A stretch of 64,000 nucleotides of DNA from an uncultured Alphaproteobacteria bacterium (GTDB taxonomy: Bacteria; Pseudomonadota; Alphaproteobacteria; HIMB59), in contig CACBJQ010000002.1 of NCBI GenBank assembly GCA_902539635.1, forward strand, positions 37,295 through 101,294, written 5' to 3'. Shown piece by piece: positions 30,015 to 40,216 of this stretch. The notes under the pieces were generated by a model that searched no databases, was not told the origin of the DNA, and saw only the letters and a program-made list of their open reading frames with translations. The position numbers and the translations under genes were made by a program. The first letter of the stretch is position 1, and every line of letters starts with the position of its first letter.

Positions 30015-30545
30015 ATGATTGAAATAAGTTGTCAGGATAGTTTTATAAAAGAAAATTTTATAAAACTCTTGAAACAAAAAAACCTTATTTTAAGTAATAT
30101 AAATAATAACAAATATTTCTTTAAAATTAAAATTGTTATTAAAGAAAATTCCTTAGAATTGATAATAGATAAAGATAGAATTGGCTTTAGCTTACCAAAG
30201 AGATTTAATGAAATATTTGAAAAAACTTTTGATATCCTTTCTAGTAAAATTGTAAATTTAGAAAAATTAGAATATTTGCCATTTAAGCAATCAGTAATAA
30301 AAAAAGATAAGAATATTTTTTTGAGTGAAATTCAGAACATCATAATGTGTAATTTATTATTAAACTCCGAAGAAGGGATGAGAAAAATTGATTTAATTCA
30401 AATTATTTGGCCCAATGATAAGGAAATATTTTATAATAAACTTGATACACATTTAACTAATTTGAAAAATTACTTGAAGAGTGAATTAGATTACAATCTC
30501 AAATTTTCTTCTAAGTCTGGCATAATAAAATTAGGATTTAATTAA
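30015..30545 (+). CDS. Winged-helix (OmpR-type C-terminal) DNA-binding protein with degenerate receiver region
   Basis: LSEIQ, LIQIIW, LDTHLTNLK. Start placed at MIEISC. Confidence 0.7.
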   Translation: MIEISCQDSFIKENFIKLLKQKNLILSNINNNKYFFKIKIVIKENSLELIIDKDRIGFSLPKRFNEIFEKTFDILSSKIVNLEKLEYLPFKQSVIKKDKNIFLSEIQNIIMCNLLLNSEEGMRKIDLIQIIWPNDKEIFYNKLDTHLTNLKNYLKSELDYNLKFSSKSGIIKLGFN

Positions 30546-32591
30546 GATCTCTCTTTTACCAGTATGGTTTGGTTCAGAAACAACACCCCTCTGCTCCAAT
30601 GCTTCCATAATTCTTGCTGCTTTGTTATAGCCAATTTGAAAATTTCTTTGTAAAAAACTGGTTGATGCTTTATTAGTTGACCTTATAAGGTCAATTGATT
30701 TAGAAATCAGTATTTCATCCTCATCGCTGAGTGAGTCAAAACTTTCATCATTATTTTTTATTATTTCGTCAAGTTCATCTAAATAATTTACATCTTTATT
30801 TTTTTTTATCTCTTTAATTAATTTGTTTACTTCATTATCAGATATAAACGCAGACTGGTATCTTATAATATTTCCCCCATTCTTTGACATCAGCATGTCC
30901 CCATTACCTAATAATTGCTCAGCTCCTGTTTCTCCTAAAACAGTTCTGCTGTCATATTTACTTGCTACTTGAAAGCTTATTCTAGAGGGAAAGTTTGCTT
31001 TTATACTGCCAGTTATTATATCTACGCTGGGCCTTTGTGTTGCCATTACCAAATGTATTCCACAGGCTCTTGCCATTTGGGCTAATCTTTGAACATGGTG
31101 TTCTACTTCTTTACCCGCAGTCATCATTAAATCTGCCATTTCATCAATAAATACAACGATGTAGGGCAACCTTTCTATAGATTTTTGGTTATATCCCTCT
31201 AAACTTCTAGTATTTTCCTCATTCATTAGCGAGTATCTTCTTTCCATTTCTTTGCAAACCCATTTCAATGCAATAATTGCTTTTTTTGGCTCCGTTACAA
31301 CCGGTGTAAGTAAATGTGCTATATCGTTGTAAACACTTAGTTCAAGCATTTTTGGATCAATTAGTATCAATCTCATTTCTTCCGGAGAAAATTTATATAG
31401 TATGCTAGCAAGTAAAGTGTTTATAAAAACAGATTTTCCCGAGCCTGTTGTTCCAGCAACTAGAAGATGTGGAGTTTTACTCAAATCAATTACCTCTATA
31501 CTTCCTGATATGTCTTTTCCAATACACAAAGGAATTTTATGTGATGTATTTGTAAAATTACTATCACTCAAAAGCTCTTTTATAGTTATAGTTTCTCTTT
31601 TTTCATTTGGAACTTCTACACCTAAAAATTGTGTACCAAAAATCTGAGCTATTCTCACAGCCCCTACTCCCATACTTCTAGATATGTCATCAGCGAGATT
31701 TATAATCGTATTAATTTTTGTCCCGGCTGCTGGTAATATTTCAAATAATGTTACTACAGGACCATGTCTTACATTAACAACTTCTATATCAATGTTAAAA
31801 TCTTCAAATACTTTTTCTAATAGATCAGAATTAGCTTTCACGTTCTCATTATCATTATAACTCTTGGATAATTGATTATTTGTATCTAAGATTTCAAGAG
31901 ATGGAGATAGATAATTGCCCTCCAAGTTATTGTTATCCTTGTATTCTTCATTTTCATAATCATTAGTTTGTAAAAAAGTATTTATTATAGGGTCTTTTTT
32001 AACTTGAGTTTTGTTTAACTCTTTTTTTCCACTTTTTTTAATTACATTAACTATATTAATTTTTGGAAATTTTAATAATTGAAAAATATTTTGAGAAAAA
32101 ATAAACATCGCTAGGCCTATTATAGAAAGTATGTAATTCAGGTAATTAATATTATGCAGATTATGTAAATAGTGTGCAAAAATCCCCCAGTTTGACAATG
32201 AGTCAAAAAACGTGATTTGAATGTTTAAATTAATCAGAGTTTGTGGAATAAGAATTAAGCTAATAAAGAATAATAATAGTCTTATAAAAATATATTTAGG
32301 TGGTTTGCCTACAAAAATTAATACTGAGTAAATGAAAAAAAATAATGATGTTAAATATCCTAGAAATCCAAAAGTGTAAAAAATAAAACTAGCATAATAC
32401 GATCCAAGATCACCTAGTATATTTGTTGATATATCACTTGTGCTTGTTAAGAAAGAATTATCATTTATATTAAAGGAAAAAAGTGCTGCTGCTGAAAAAA
32501 AACAAACTAAAAACAAAAAAAGGGAGTAGATAACTTTATATGCTGATGAAATCTTTTCTTTTAGTATTTCTGGAATATAGCTACTTTTCAT
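30531..32591 (-). CDS. ftsK: DNA translocase
   Basis: N-terminal TMs, GPVVT, HLLVAGTTGSGKS, IDPKMLELS, DEMADLMM, TQRPSVD, gamma domain IGYNKAAR. Confidence 0.98.
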   Translation of the reverse strand: MKSSYIPEILKEKISSAYKVIYSLFLFLVCFFSAAALFSFNINDNSFLTSTSDISTNILGDLGSYYASFIFYTFGFLGYLTSLFFFIYSVLIFVGKPPKYIFIRLLLFFISLILIPQTLINLNIQITFFDSLSNWGIFAHYLHNLHNINYLNYILSIIGLAMFIFSQNIFQLLKFPKINIVNVIKKSGKKELNKTQVKKDPIINTFLQTNDYENEEYKDNNNLEGNYLSPSLEILDTNNQLSKSYNDNENVKANSDLLEKVFEDFNIDIEVVNVRHGPVVTLFEILPAAGTKINTIINLADDISRSMGVGAVRIAQIFGTQFLGVEVPNEKRETITIKELLSDSNFTNTSHKIPLCIGKDISGSIEVIDLSKTPHLLVAGTTGSGKSVFINTLLASILYKFSPEEMRLILIDPKMLELSVYNDIAHLLTPVVTEPKKAIIALKWVCKEMERRYSLMNEENTRSLEGYNQKSIERLPYIVVFIDEMADLMMTAGKEVEHHVQRLAQMARACGIHLVMATQRPSVDIITGSIKANFPSRISFQVASKYDSRTVLGETGAEQLLGNGDMLMSKNGGNIIRYQSAFISDNEVNKLIKEIKKNKDVNYLDELDEIIKNNDESFDSLSDEDEILISKSIDLIRSTNKASTSFLQRNFQIGYNKAARIMEALEQRGVVSEPNHTGKREILIKS

Positions 32592-32614
32592 AATTCTTAA
32601 TAAATATATGCGTC

Positions 32615-33739
32615 TTGATGAAAAATAAAATATTTAAATACGATTTCTTAGTTGTTGGGGGAGGACTCATTGGTGCATTAACTGCGCTTAATTTACATCA
32701 AAAAAAACTAAAAGTTTTAGTTGTTGACAATAAAGATGATATTCCAATTGATAATAGAACTTTAGCAGTAAATGCAAATTCTAAGGATTTTTTAATAAAA
32801 CTAGGAATATGGAACACTATTAAGACAAAGCCACAGTCTATAAAAAAAATAATCATAAAAGATTTTATAAATCCAGAACCTCTGATATTTAGTAACGAAA
32901 CAGAGGCTATGGGAAATGTAATATTTAATTCAGAGCTTCTAACTATTGCCCGACAAAAATTAAAATATTTAAAGATTTTAAAAACAAATATTAAAATTAA
33001 TGTTGACACAATTTCTCCAAACAAATTTTTAAATATTAATAATAAAAACTATTCATTTAAAAAAATTGTTATGTGCGTTGGTAAGAGTATTTTATCAGGT
33101 GCTACACAGAAAAGTTTAGTATTTGAAAACGGTGTATATTCATATGTTGGGTTCTTTAAGCATAAAAAAGATCATAACGGTGCAGCGTATGAACTTTTTA
33201 ATAAAGAGGGACCTCTCGCAGTTTTACCTTCACCATCTTCAAATAATAAAAGATCAACATTTATATATTCAACAAAAGATCATACCACATATACAAAAAT
33301 ACAATCTCTAATAAGAAAAAGCTTTGCCTCTACTCACGGTCAAATTATTTTTGACAACAAAATTCAGAGATTTCCTGTAATCCCACATTTAACAAAATAT
33401 AATGAGAGATACATTTACATAGGAGATAGTCTCAAGTCTATTCATCCAGTAGCAGGCCAGGGGTGGAATCTAGGTGTTAAAGATATTCAAACATTGTCAA
33501 CTTTGCTTGATCAATATCCCATGGAAAGTAAAATTTTTAATTCGATCTATTATTCAAGAAGAATATTTGAAAGTTCAATATACTTTGGCTTTACCTCCTT
33601 GGTAAATTTGTTGTATGAAAATCAAAATCCATTTAACGAGAGTTTGATCAAAGTAGGCTATAACAGTCTACAAAATTTTGGTCTTTTAAGAGATTTGTTT
33701 ATAAAACAAGCAATGGGCAGGCTTAATTTAGTTGGCTAG
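32615..33739 (+). CDS. UbiH/UbiF/VisC family FAD-dependent hydroxylase
   Basis: VGGGLIG, GPLAVLP, GDS...HPVAGQGWNLGVKD. Confidence 0.9.
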   Translation: MMKNKIFKYDFLVVGGGLIGALTALNLHQKKLKVLVVDNKDDIPIDNRTLAVNANSKDFLIKLGIWNTIKTKPQSIKKIIIKDFINPEPLIFSNETEAMGNVIFNSELLTIARQKLKYLKILKTNIKINVDTISPNKFLNINNKNYSFKKIVMCVGKSILSGATQKSLVFENGVYSYVGFFKHKKDHNGAAYELFNKEGPLAVLPSPSSNNKRSTFIYSTKDHTTYTKIQSLIRKSFASTHGQIIFDNKIQRFPVIPHLTKYNERYIYIGDSLKSIHPVAGQGWNLGVKDIQTLSTLLDQYPMESKIFNSIYYSRRIFESSIYFGFTSLVNLLYENQNPFNESLIKVGYNSLQNFGLLRDLFIKQAMGRLNLVG

Positions 33740-34382
33740 GCTTTTTATTGCTTACAACTTGAAATGTATTTAGATCAAGAATTGAGTTTATAGTATTTAT
33801 CCTTGATGAAATATTAGGTGACTCTAATATTGCCTGTTTATCAATTTTGTTAAATGGGGCTAACATAGCTAAAGTGGATAACAGTTGCAAATTTGATGTT
33901 TCAGAAAGAACATCTTTATCAATATCCAATTTCTTCATTTTAAAAAAATTTGTATATTTTTGTATTAAACTAGAGCGATCAAAATTTGGCTCAATGTTAT
34001 TAAGGTCTTCAAGATAATCATTACAGTCTATAGTTGCTTGATAGTAACCACGAGTATTTAAGTTTCTCTCATGTAGAACAAAACGGCAAATACCTTCTAA
34101 GTTGAGCACAAGTCTGTAATCTGGAGTTTCAATATACGAAGTAATTTTTCCTATGCATCCCATTTGGAATAACTCATTGTTATTGTTTTTTGGCTGAATA
34201 ATGCCAATCATTCTGTTAGTCTTTAAGCAGTCTAGAGTCATTTTTATGTATCTCTCTTCAAAAATATTTAGTGGCAATTTTCCAAATGGAAGTAATAAGA
34301 CATTATCAAGTGGAAAGATAGGGATTGAACTTGGAATATCCTTAGAGTTTACATCAAAAAGTTTTTTTATATTATCTTCCAT
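33723..34382 (-). CDS. LON peptidase substrate-binding domain protein
   Basis: IPIFPL, LLPFGKLPLNIFEERY, GIIQP, KQAILE. Confidence 0.92.
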   Translation of the reverse strand: MEDNIKKLFDVNSKDIPSSIPIFPLDNVLLLPFGKLPLNIFEERYIKMTLDCLKTNRMIGIIQPKNNNNELFQMGCIGKITSYIETPDYRLVLNLEGICRFVLHERNLNTRGYYQATIDCNDYLEDLNNIEPNFDRSSLIQKYTNFFKMKKLDIDKDVLSETSNLQLLSTLAMLAPFNKIDKQAILESPNISSRINTINSILDLNTFQVVSNKKPSQLN

Positions 34383-35251
34383 TATTTAAACATTATACTT
34401 GATAATTTCTTTCGAGCTTCAATAACATTTGGATCATTAAAACCTAATAAATCAAAATATTCTAAAAGTTTTTTTTTGGCAGCACTCTCATTCCAATTTG
34501 AATCCTGTGCAAATAAATTAAGTAGTTCGTCAAATCCTTTTTTTGTTTCGCTTGAAGACAAATAACACTCAGCTAATTTAAATCTTAATTCTTTATCATT
34601 TGGTTTCATTTTCAATTCTTCAGACATTTTTTCGCAAGATATTTCAGTGTTTTCTATATTAGAATTATTGAGAAGTTTTTTGATCTTTAATATTTCTTCA
34701 CTCTCTAATATTTTTTCATCTAAAGACTCGAACATTTCATTTGCATCATCAAAACGTTTCAGTTGTATTAAACATCTCAGTAAACCAGCAATTATTTTTT
34801 GATTACCAGGGTCCATACCTACGAGTTTTTCATATAAGGTCAAAGATTCATTAAATTTTTCATCCTTGAATAACTGATCTGCTTCATCTATTAGTTTAGG
34901 AATTTCATTACCTGGTGTTGCGTCGATCATCTTATTAACCATTAATTCAACTTTACTCTCCGGTTGAGCACCTTGAAAAGCATCTATGGGCTTTCCATCA
35001 ATAAAACCATAAACAGTAGGTATTGATTGAATATTTAATTGTGAGGCAATAGCTTGGTTTTCATCAACATTAATTTTAACTAAAATTATCTTGCCGTTTT
35101 TTTGATTAACTACTTTTTCTAAAGTAGGAGTCAACTGCTTACAGGGACCACACCATGGTGCCCAAAAATCAACAATAACAGGGGTTGTTTTAGACTTTTC
35201 GATAACTTCATTTACAAATTGATCTTCGTTAATATCAATTACATTACTCAT
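34382..35251 (-). CDS. cnoX: Thioredoxin-TPR chaperedoxin (CnoX/YbbN)
   Basis: DFWAPWCGPCK thioredoxin domain followed by TPRs, ending ARKKLSSIMF. Confidence 0.92.
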   Translation of the reverse strand: MSNVIDINEDQFVNEVIEKSKTTPVIVDFWAPWCGPCKQLTPTLEKVVNQKNGKIILVKINVDENQAIASQLNIQSIPTVYGFIDGKPIDAFQGAQPESKVELMVNKMIDATPGNEIPKLIDEADQLFKDEKFNESLTLYEKLVGMDPGNQKIIAGLLRCLIQLKRFDDANEMFESLDEKILESEEILKIKKLLNNSNIENTEISCEKMSEELKMKPNDKELRFKLAECYLSSSETKKGFDELLNLFAQDSNWNESAAKKKLLEYFDLLGFNDPNVIEARKKLSSIMFK

Positions 35252-35258
35252 ATATTAG

Positions 35259-35285
35259 AAATGGTATCAAATGAATTATTTACAA
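35259..35285 (-). promoter_or_regulatory. Putative RpoH promoter of cnoX
   Basis: Minus strand TTGTAA-N15-CCATTT just before the cnoX start; similar to the hslV element. Confidence 0.4.
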
Positions 35286-35307
35286 CAATAATAATTTCCT
35301 TTTTGTC

Positions 35308-35336
35308 TTGATAGCCCTAAAAAGGAGGATTATAAG
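35308..35336 (+). promoter_or_regulatory. Putative sigma-70 promoter of tRNA-Gly
   Basis: TTGATA-N17-TATAAG, 25 nt upstream of the tRNA. Confidence 0.6.
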
Positions 35337-35361
35337 ATACTACGTTTAATATTTTAAATAC

Positions 35362-35436
35362 GCGGGCGTAGCTCAGGGGTAGAGCGCAACCTTGCCAAGG
35401 TTGAAGTCGAGGGTTCGAATCCCTTCGCCCGCTCCA
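35362..35436 (+). tRNA. tRNA-Gly(GCC)
   Basis: Acceptor stem GCGGGCG/CGCCCGC, anticodon arm CAACC-TTGCCAA-GGTTG, GTTCGAA T-loop, encoded CCA. Confidence 0.98.
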
Positions 35437-35446
35437 AATCACAAAA

Positions 35447-36061
35447 TTAAATTAATAGTTCTATCAATAGTAAAATCCCAATAATTATAAAAACACTACC
35501 TACAAATTTTTGTAATAAAACACTTTTGTCTTTAATAAAATCTAAAGCGATGTTAGTTGTAACTAATAAAGTTAAGATTACATACCAAATTGCATCAATT
35601 ATGCTAGCTGTAAGTATTAAAATTGTATTAAAAATCATGTCATTATCCACTGACATAAATTGAGAATAAATTGCAACAAACCATATAAATATTTTGGGAT
35701 TTAATAAAGAAATGCTAAGCCCTTGTAAAAAAGAGGTAAATCCACTTTTTATATCTTTTTTATCAAATTCTAATTTATCATTAGAGATTATTAATCTTAT
35801 TCCTAAATATATGAGGAAAATTATTGATAAAAATTTTATTACATTAAAAACAAAAAAGTTTGTTTTAATTATTAAAGCAATTCCAAGGACTGCAAAAAGA
35901 GCGTAAATACCTATACCAAATCCATGACCAATGGATGTTAAAATCCCATTTAATCTATTTTTAAAAATAGCATTGTTAATTACTACTACCATACTCGGAC
36001 CAGGCGACATGGCACCTAATAGGCAAACGACAAATATCTTTAAAAAAATCAATAAAGACAT
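35447..36061 (-). CDS. LysE/RhtB family exporter
   Basis: GAMSPGPS, YLG, LLNPK; multiple TM helices. Confidence 0.93.
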   Translation of the reverse strand: MSLLIFLKIFVVCLLGAMSPGPSMVVVINNAIFKNRLNGILTSIGHGFGIGIYALFAVLGIALIIKTNFFVFNVIKFLSIIFLIYLGIRLIISNDKLEFDKKDIKSGFTSFLQGLSISLLNPKIFIWFVAIYSQFMSVDNDMIFNTILILTASIIDAIWYVILTLLVTTNIALDFIKDKSVLLQKFVGSVFIIIGILLLIELLI

Positions 36062-36621
36062 TAAGTTTTTTTAAAATCTTCTTTAATTTCTATTTTAGTT
36101 AGTTTAGATGTATTAATAATTTTTTTGAGACTAACTGAGACATTTGTATAAATAATCTTTTTACAGTATTCCCAAATTGGTAAATCTTTTTTACTATTAC
36201 CAAAATAATCAAATTCTATAATATTGAGTCTTTCATTAATAAATTTGACTTTATTGTTTCCTACCATGTTAAAATTATTTTTTGTACCAAAAGACTCAAA
36301 AAATATTTTTAGGTGTTGATCAATTTGATCAACTAAAATCTGATGACTGCCAGATATTAAGTAAACTACTCTGTGTCTATTTTTTACTTCTCTTATATAA
36401 TTTAAAGCACTTTTATTAAATGTAAGTTCTTTAATCGGGATATCAAAATTCTTAGATATTTTCTCTTTTAAATAAGGTTTTCCTTTAACAATAAATATAA
36501 ATAAATACAAAATTAATTTTAGTGGGTTATTTTTTAGAAAATTAATGAAAGCAAGATTAGACAGATCTTCTTTTATTAACGTTCCATCTAAATCAACAAA
36601 TAAAATTTTATTTTCATCCAT
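36061..36621 (-). CDS. HAD-like hydrolase domain (type usually fused to a UbiA prenyltransferase)
   Basis: VDLDGTLIKEDL, SGS, NMVGNNK, YFGNSKKDLPIW. Confidence 0.75.
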   Translation of the reverse strand: MDENKILFVDLDGTLIKEDLSNLAFINFLKNNPLKLILYLFIFIVKGKPYLKEKISKNFDIPIKELTFNKSALNYIREVKNRHRVVYLISGSHQILVDQIDQHLKIFFESFGTKNNFNMVGNNKVKFINERLNIIEFDYFGNSKKDLPIWEYCKKIIYTNVSVSLKKIINTSKLTKIEIKEDFKKT

Positions 36622-36922
36622 TTTTTTTAAAAAAAGATACTTTAATCGTTATTAAATCTCTATCCACCTTTTCTTTAATTGAACCTATACAGTCTGCTTT
36701 AATTTTTATACCCTTTCGAAATATGTCTTCATAAATAAGTTGCTTTGCATTTTGTATTTCTTTATCTTTAAATTTCTTTCTACCTCTTTTTTCTTCTGGG
36801 AAATCTTTAAAAAACCTCTCCAAAAGCTCGATAGAGTATTTCTTCTTAAATTCAACACTTTGATACTTCTTTATCTCTTTATAGTATTTTTTCGGAGGAT
36901 TATTTTTGAATATTTCGATCAA
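36614..36922 (-). CDS. Hypothetical Lys-rich protein
   Basis: 102-aa ORF overlapping both neighbours in operon fashion; no recognisable motif. Confidence 0.55.
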   Translation of the reverse strand: MIEIFKNNPPKKYYKEIKKYQSVEFKKKYSIELLERFFKDFPEEKRGRKKFKDKEIQNAKQLIYEDIFRKGIKIKADCIGSIKEKVDRDLITIKVSFFKKNG

Positions 36923-38388
36923 TGTTTAAAGTGTCGATCGCTTAGTTTAAAAAAATTCAAATTATGTTTTTTTACAAATTTTTCGATGATAGGATCATTT
37001 TTAGAACCCATAGGCGCATAAATATCAATTTTTAATTTCTGCTTTTTAATTAACTCTAAAGAGTCTGTAAAAGGAAAAAATGCATCGGAAAATAAAAATA
37101 ATTTGTTATTTATTTTTTTCTTCTGTTTTAAATTAAATTTGTATAAACAATTTTCAAGAGAGTCTATTCTTGAAGTTTGACCACCAGATTGCGATACTAA
37201 ACTAGTTTGATTAAATATTGCAATAGCATTTGATTTGACTGCTTTTAAAACATTAGAAAAAAAATTTATTTTCTCATTATTTAATCTATTTACGCCATGT
37301 ACTTTTTTAATCGTCGTTTTTTTATTATTTGCTTGTTGAATAAGCATACCAGCAAAAATAGATCTTTGTTCTATTTTAACTTTATATTTTTTTACTTTTA
37401 GTACTCTTAAATTAACTTTTTTCTTTAAAATTTTTAAAGCTTCACTATCAAAATCTGGTGCTGCAACAACTTCATAAAAATTTTTAAGCAAATTTTTTGC
37501 TGTGAGGCTTGTGACTTTCTTGTTGAATGCTACAACTCCACCAAAAGCACTTACTGGATCACCGTCTAGTGCATTTGTGTAACTTTTAATTTGACTAGTT
37601 TCTATTGAAGCACCACACGGTATATTGTGTTTGACTATTGTACAAATATGTTTATTTGAGTTTGTCAAATAAGTTATTGTTAGCGCCGCATCTAAATCTA
37701 ATAAGTTATTGTAGCTGAGTTTTTTTTCACCGCTCAATTGTTTGAACATATTATTATTAATCAAAGCAGTTGCTTTTTGTTGGGGATTTTCACCATATCT
37801 AAGTGAATATTCTTTATCCTCACTTCCCTCAAACCATTTTGTTATTGATATGTCATATTTTGTGATGTGTTTCATGGCTTTAATCGCATATTTTTTTTTG
37901 GCTGACACAGTCTCAGGAAACCTTTTTATAAAATTCGGATAATCCAAAGGGTCTACAAGTATTGTGGAATTTAAGTAGTTTTTTGCTGCTGCTCTAATTA
38001 GGCTATGACCACCAATGTCAATCATTTCAATTATTTCATCAGTTTTATTGGTATTTTTAATAGTTTTTTCAAATGGATAGAGATTAACAATTATTAAATC
38101 AAAATTTATAATTTTCTCTTTTTTCAGCTCCTCTTGATGATCTCGGTTATTCGTAGCAAGAATTCCTCCAAAAATTTTAGGATGAAGTGTTTTTACCCTA
38201 CCTGATAATATTTCTTTTTGTCTGGTATATTTTGATATTTCGACATGCGGCACCTTTATTTTTTTAAGATATTTGGAAGAGCCACCTGTTGAATAAATAG
38301 TATATTTCTTTTTAATTAAAAATTTTGAAATCAAATCAAGATTTGATTTGTCAAAAACTGAGACAAGAGCATTTTTATTTTTTTTCAT
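36919..38388 (-). CDS. purH: Bifunctional IMP cyclohydrolase / AICAR transformylase
   Basis: GRVKTLHP, VNLYPF, IDIGG, LRYGENP, SDAFFPF, RHFKH. Confidence 0.97.
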   Translation of the reverse strand: MKKNKNALVSVFDKSNLDLISKFLIKKKYTIYSTGGSSKYLKKIKVPHVEISKYTRQKEILSGRVKTLHPKIFGGILATNNRDHQEELKKEKIINFDLIIVNLYPFEKTIKNTNKTDEIIEMIDIGGHSLIRAAAKNYLNSTILVDPLDYPNFIKRFPETVSAKKKYAIKAMKHITKYDISITKWFEGSEDKEYSLRYGENPQQKATALINNNMFKQLSGEKKLSYNNLLDLDAALTITYLTNSNKHICTIVKHNIPCGASIETSQIKSYTNALDGDPVSAFGGVVAFNKKVTSLTAKNLLKNFYEVVAAPDFDSEALKILKKKVNLRVLKVKKYKVKIEQRSIFAGMLIQQANNKKTTIKKVHGVNRLNNEKINFFSNVLKAVKSNAIAIFNQTSLVSQSGGQTSRIDSLENCLYKFNLKQKKKINNKLFLFSDAFFPFTDSLELIKKQKLKIDIYAPMGSKNDPIIEKFVKKHNLNFFKLSDRHFKH

Positions 38389-39044
38389 CAGTTAAAAAAA
38401 TCATTAAGTTTATTTGTCGCTATAGTCAAGCTGCTTTGCTTAAACAAAAAAGAACCCGCAACAAGTATATTTGCTCCTGCATCTACACAAAGCTTTCCCG
38501 TCTCATAATTGACTCCACCGTCAATTTCAATGTCAACGTTTAAATTATTTTTCTTGATATAATGGGATATATTTTTAATTTTTTCTATTTGGTCAGTTAA
38601 AAATGACTGCCCCCCAAAACCAGGCTCTACTGTCATAATTATAACTTGATCAACAGAATGTAAATACTCCTTAATCTTTTCCCATGAAGTTTTCGGTTTT
38701 ATAGCTATCCCTGCTTTAATTTTTTCTTGTTTAATTCTACCTATTATATCATTTATGTTTTCATCAATTTCATAATGAAAGGTTATAATATCTGAGCCTG
38801 CCTTTATATAATCGTCTAAAAATTTACCTACTCTATGAATCATTAAATGTACATCGAATATTTTTTTTGTTTTCAAACGTAAATCTGAAATAAACTGTGG
38901 ACCAAAAGTTAAATTAGGAACAAAATCACCATCCATAACATCAAAATGAATGTACTCTGCATTCGATACAGCAAGTTCAGAAATTGTTTTTTCCATATTT
39001 GAAAATGACCCACCTAAAATTGATGGCGATATTTTTATTTTCAT
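38388..39044 (-). CDS. rpe: Ribulose-phosphate 3-epimerase
   Basis: HFDVMDGDFVPNLTFG, DVHLMI, MTVEPGFGGQ, IDGGVN. Confidence 0.98.
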   Translation of the reverse strand: MKIKISPSILGGSFSNMEKTISELAVSNAEYIHFDVMDGDFVPNLTFGPQFISDLRLKTKKIFDVHLMIHRVGKFLDDYIKAGSDIITFHYEIDENINDIIGRIKQEKIKAGIAIKPKTSWEKIKEYLHSVDQVIIMTVEPGFGGQSFLTDQIEKIKNISHYIKKNNLNVDIEIDGGVNYETGKLCVDAGANILVAGSFLFKQSSLTIATNKLNDFFN

Positions 39045-40216
39045 TATATTTTTTCCAAGACAGAAACAAAAAAGATATCTGATCCTCCAAGCTCTTTAAA
39101 GCTTAACGGGTTAATAAAATATCCACTCTGTCTCTTAATCATTTTATGTGAATTGATTTTGTGCAATTTAATATTTTTATGTTTTTGCATGATTTTATCA
39201 ATAACTTCGATTGTCTCAAAAGGATGAAATGAGCAAACAATATAGACTAAAAAACCTTTTTTATTGAGTATTTTTAATGATTTTTCTATCAACTGTATCT
39301 GTATTTTTTGATGCGTTTTAATTTTAGATTGGTCAATTTTAAGAGTTACATCCGGATTTCTTCTAAATGTACCTAACGCACTGCAAGGAGCATCTAACAA
39401 AATTGAATTATATTTCTGAGTAAATTGTGCTTTTAAAAAATCTACTTTTTGAATATTTATGTATACATTTAATCTATCTAGATTTTCTTTAAATTTATTT
39501 ATCTGACTTTGAGAATTATCAATAGCAATAACATTATAGTCAAATGAATTTAACAATATACTTTTACCACCTGGTGCAGCACATACATCAATTAAAGTTT
39601 TGTCTTTAAAAAATTTACGCACAGAGTAAATCACTTCAAAATTACCAATATCTTGAACAAAGCACTCCTTCATAATTTTTTTTTCTAAAATAAATACTCT
39701 TTTCTTATAAATAGCTTTTTGATTATCAATTAAACTAATTTGATAATTCTTAGGCTTTGTAAATATAGTGGAATAGATATAATTCCTGATTGACTCACTT
39801 GAAAATATTTTATCAAGTACTCTTTTAAAATTGGGATAAATAAATTTTCCATATTGAATTTTATTTTTATTTCGAAGAATATTTCTTAGAACAGCGTTTA
39901 CTAGCTTTTCTTTTTTTAAATTTTTTCCCTCTTGTACAGCATCATTAACAATTGCATATTGTGGTTTATTTGAGAAATATAATAATGTTAAAGATATTTT
40001 TAGTATCGTTAAAATATTTTTTGGTGTTTTGTCATGGACGTAATTTAAAAGAATTTTATTATTATTTTCATAATTTCTGTAATACTCTTGTATTACTAAA
40101 AACAAAAAATTTCTTTTTACTTTTGGAAACTTACTTACGACATGATCGATACTACTTCCCTGCTCAATTTTTTTAATTGAGATAAATAAGTTTGTGATAT
40201 CAGTTGGTTTAGATAT
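39044..40216 (-). CDS. rsmB: RsmB/NOP-family RNA m5C methyltransferase with NusB-like N-terminal domain
   Basis: [29 protein letters not shown]. Frame is open upstream of the track's TTG (40105) to an ATA at 40216; start uncertain. Confidence 0.88.
   Translation of the reverse strand: MSKPTDITNLFISIKKIEQGSSIDHVVSKFPKVKRNFLFLVIQEYYRNYENNNKILLNYVHDKTPKNILTILKISLTLLYFSNKPQYAIVNDAVQEGKNLKKEKLVNAVLRNILRNKNKIQYGKFIYPNFKRVLDKIFSSESIRNYIYSTIFTKPKNYQISLIDNQKAIYKKRVFILEKKIMKECFVQDIGNFEVIYSVRKFFKDKTLIDVCAAPGGKSILLNSFDYNVIAIDNSQSQINKFKENLDRLNVYINIQKVDFLKAQFTQKYNSILLDAPCSALGTFRRNPDVTLKIDQSKIKTHQKIQIQLIEKSLKILNKKGFLVYIVCSFHPFETIEVIDKIMQKHKNIKLHKINSHKMIKRQSGYFINPLSFKELGGSDIFFVSVLEKI

Noticed and set aside
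35362-36922. Prophage or integrative element at tRNA-Gly
   Set aside because: No integrase, phage genes or duplicated tRNA 3' end seen.
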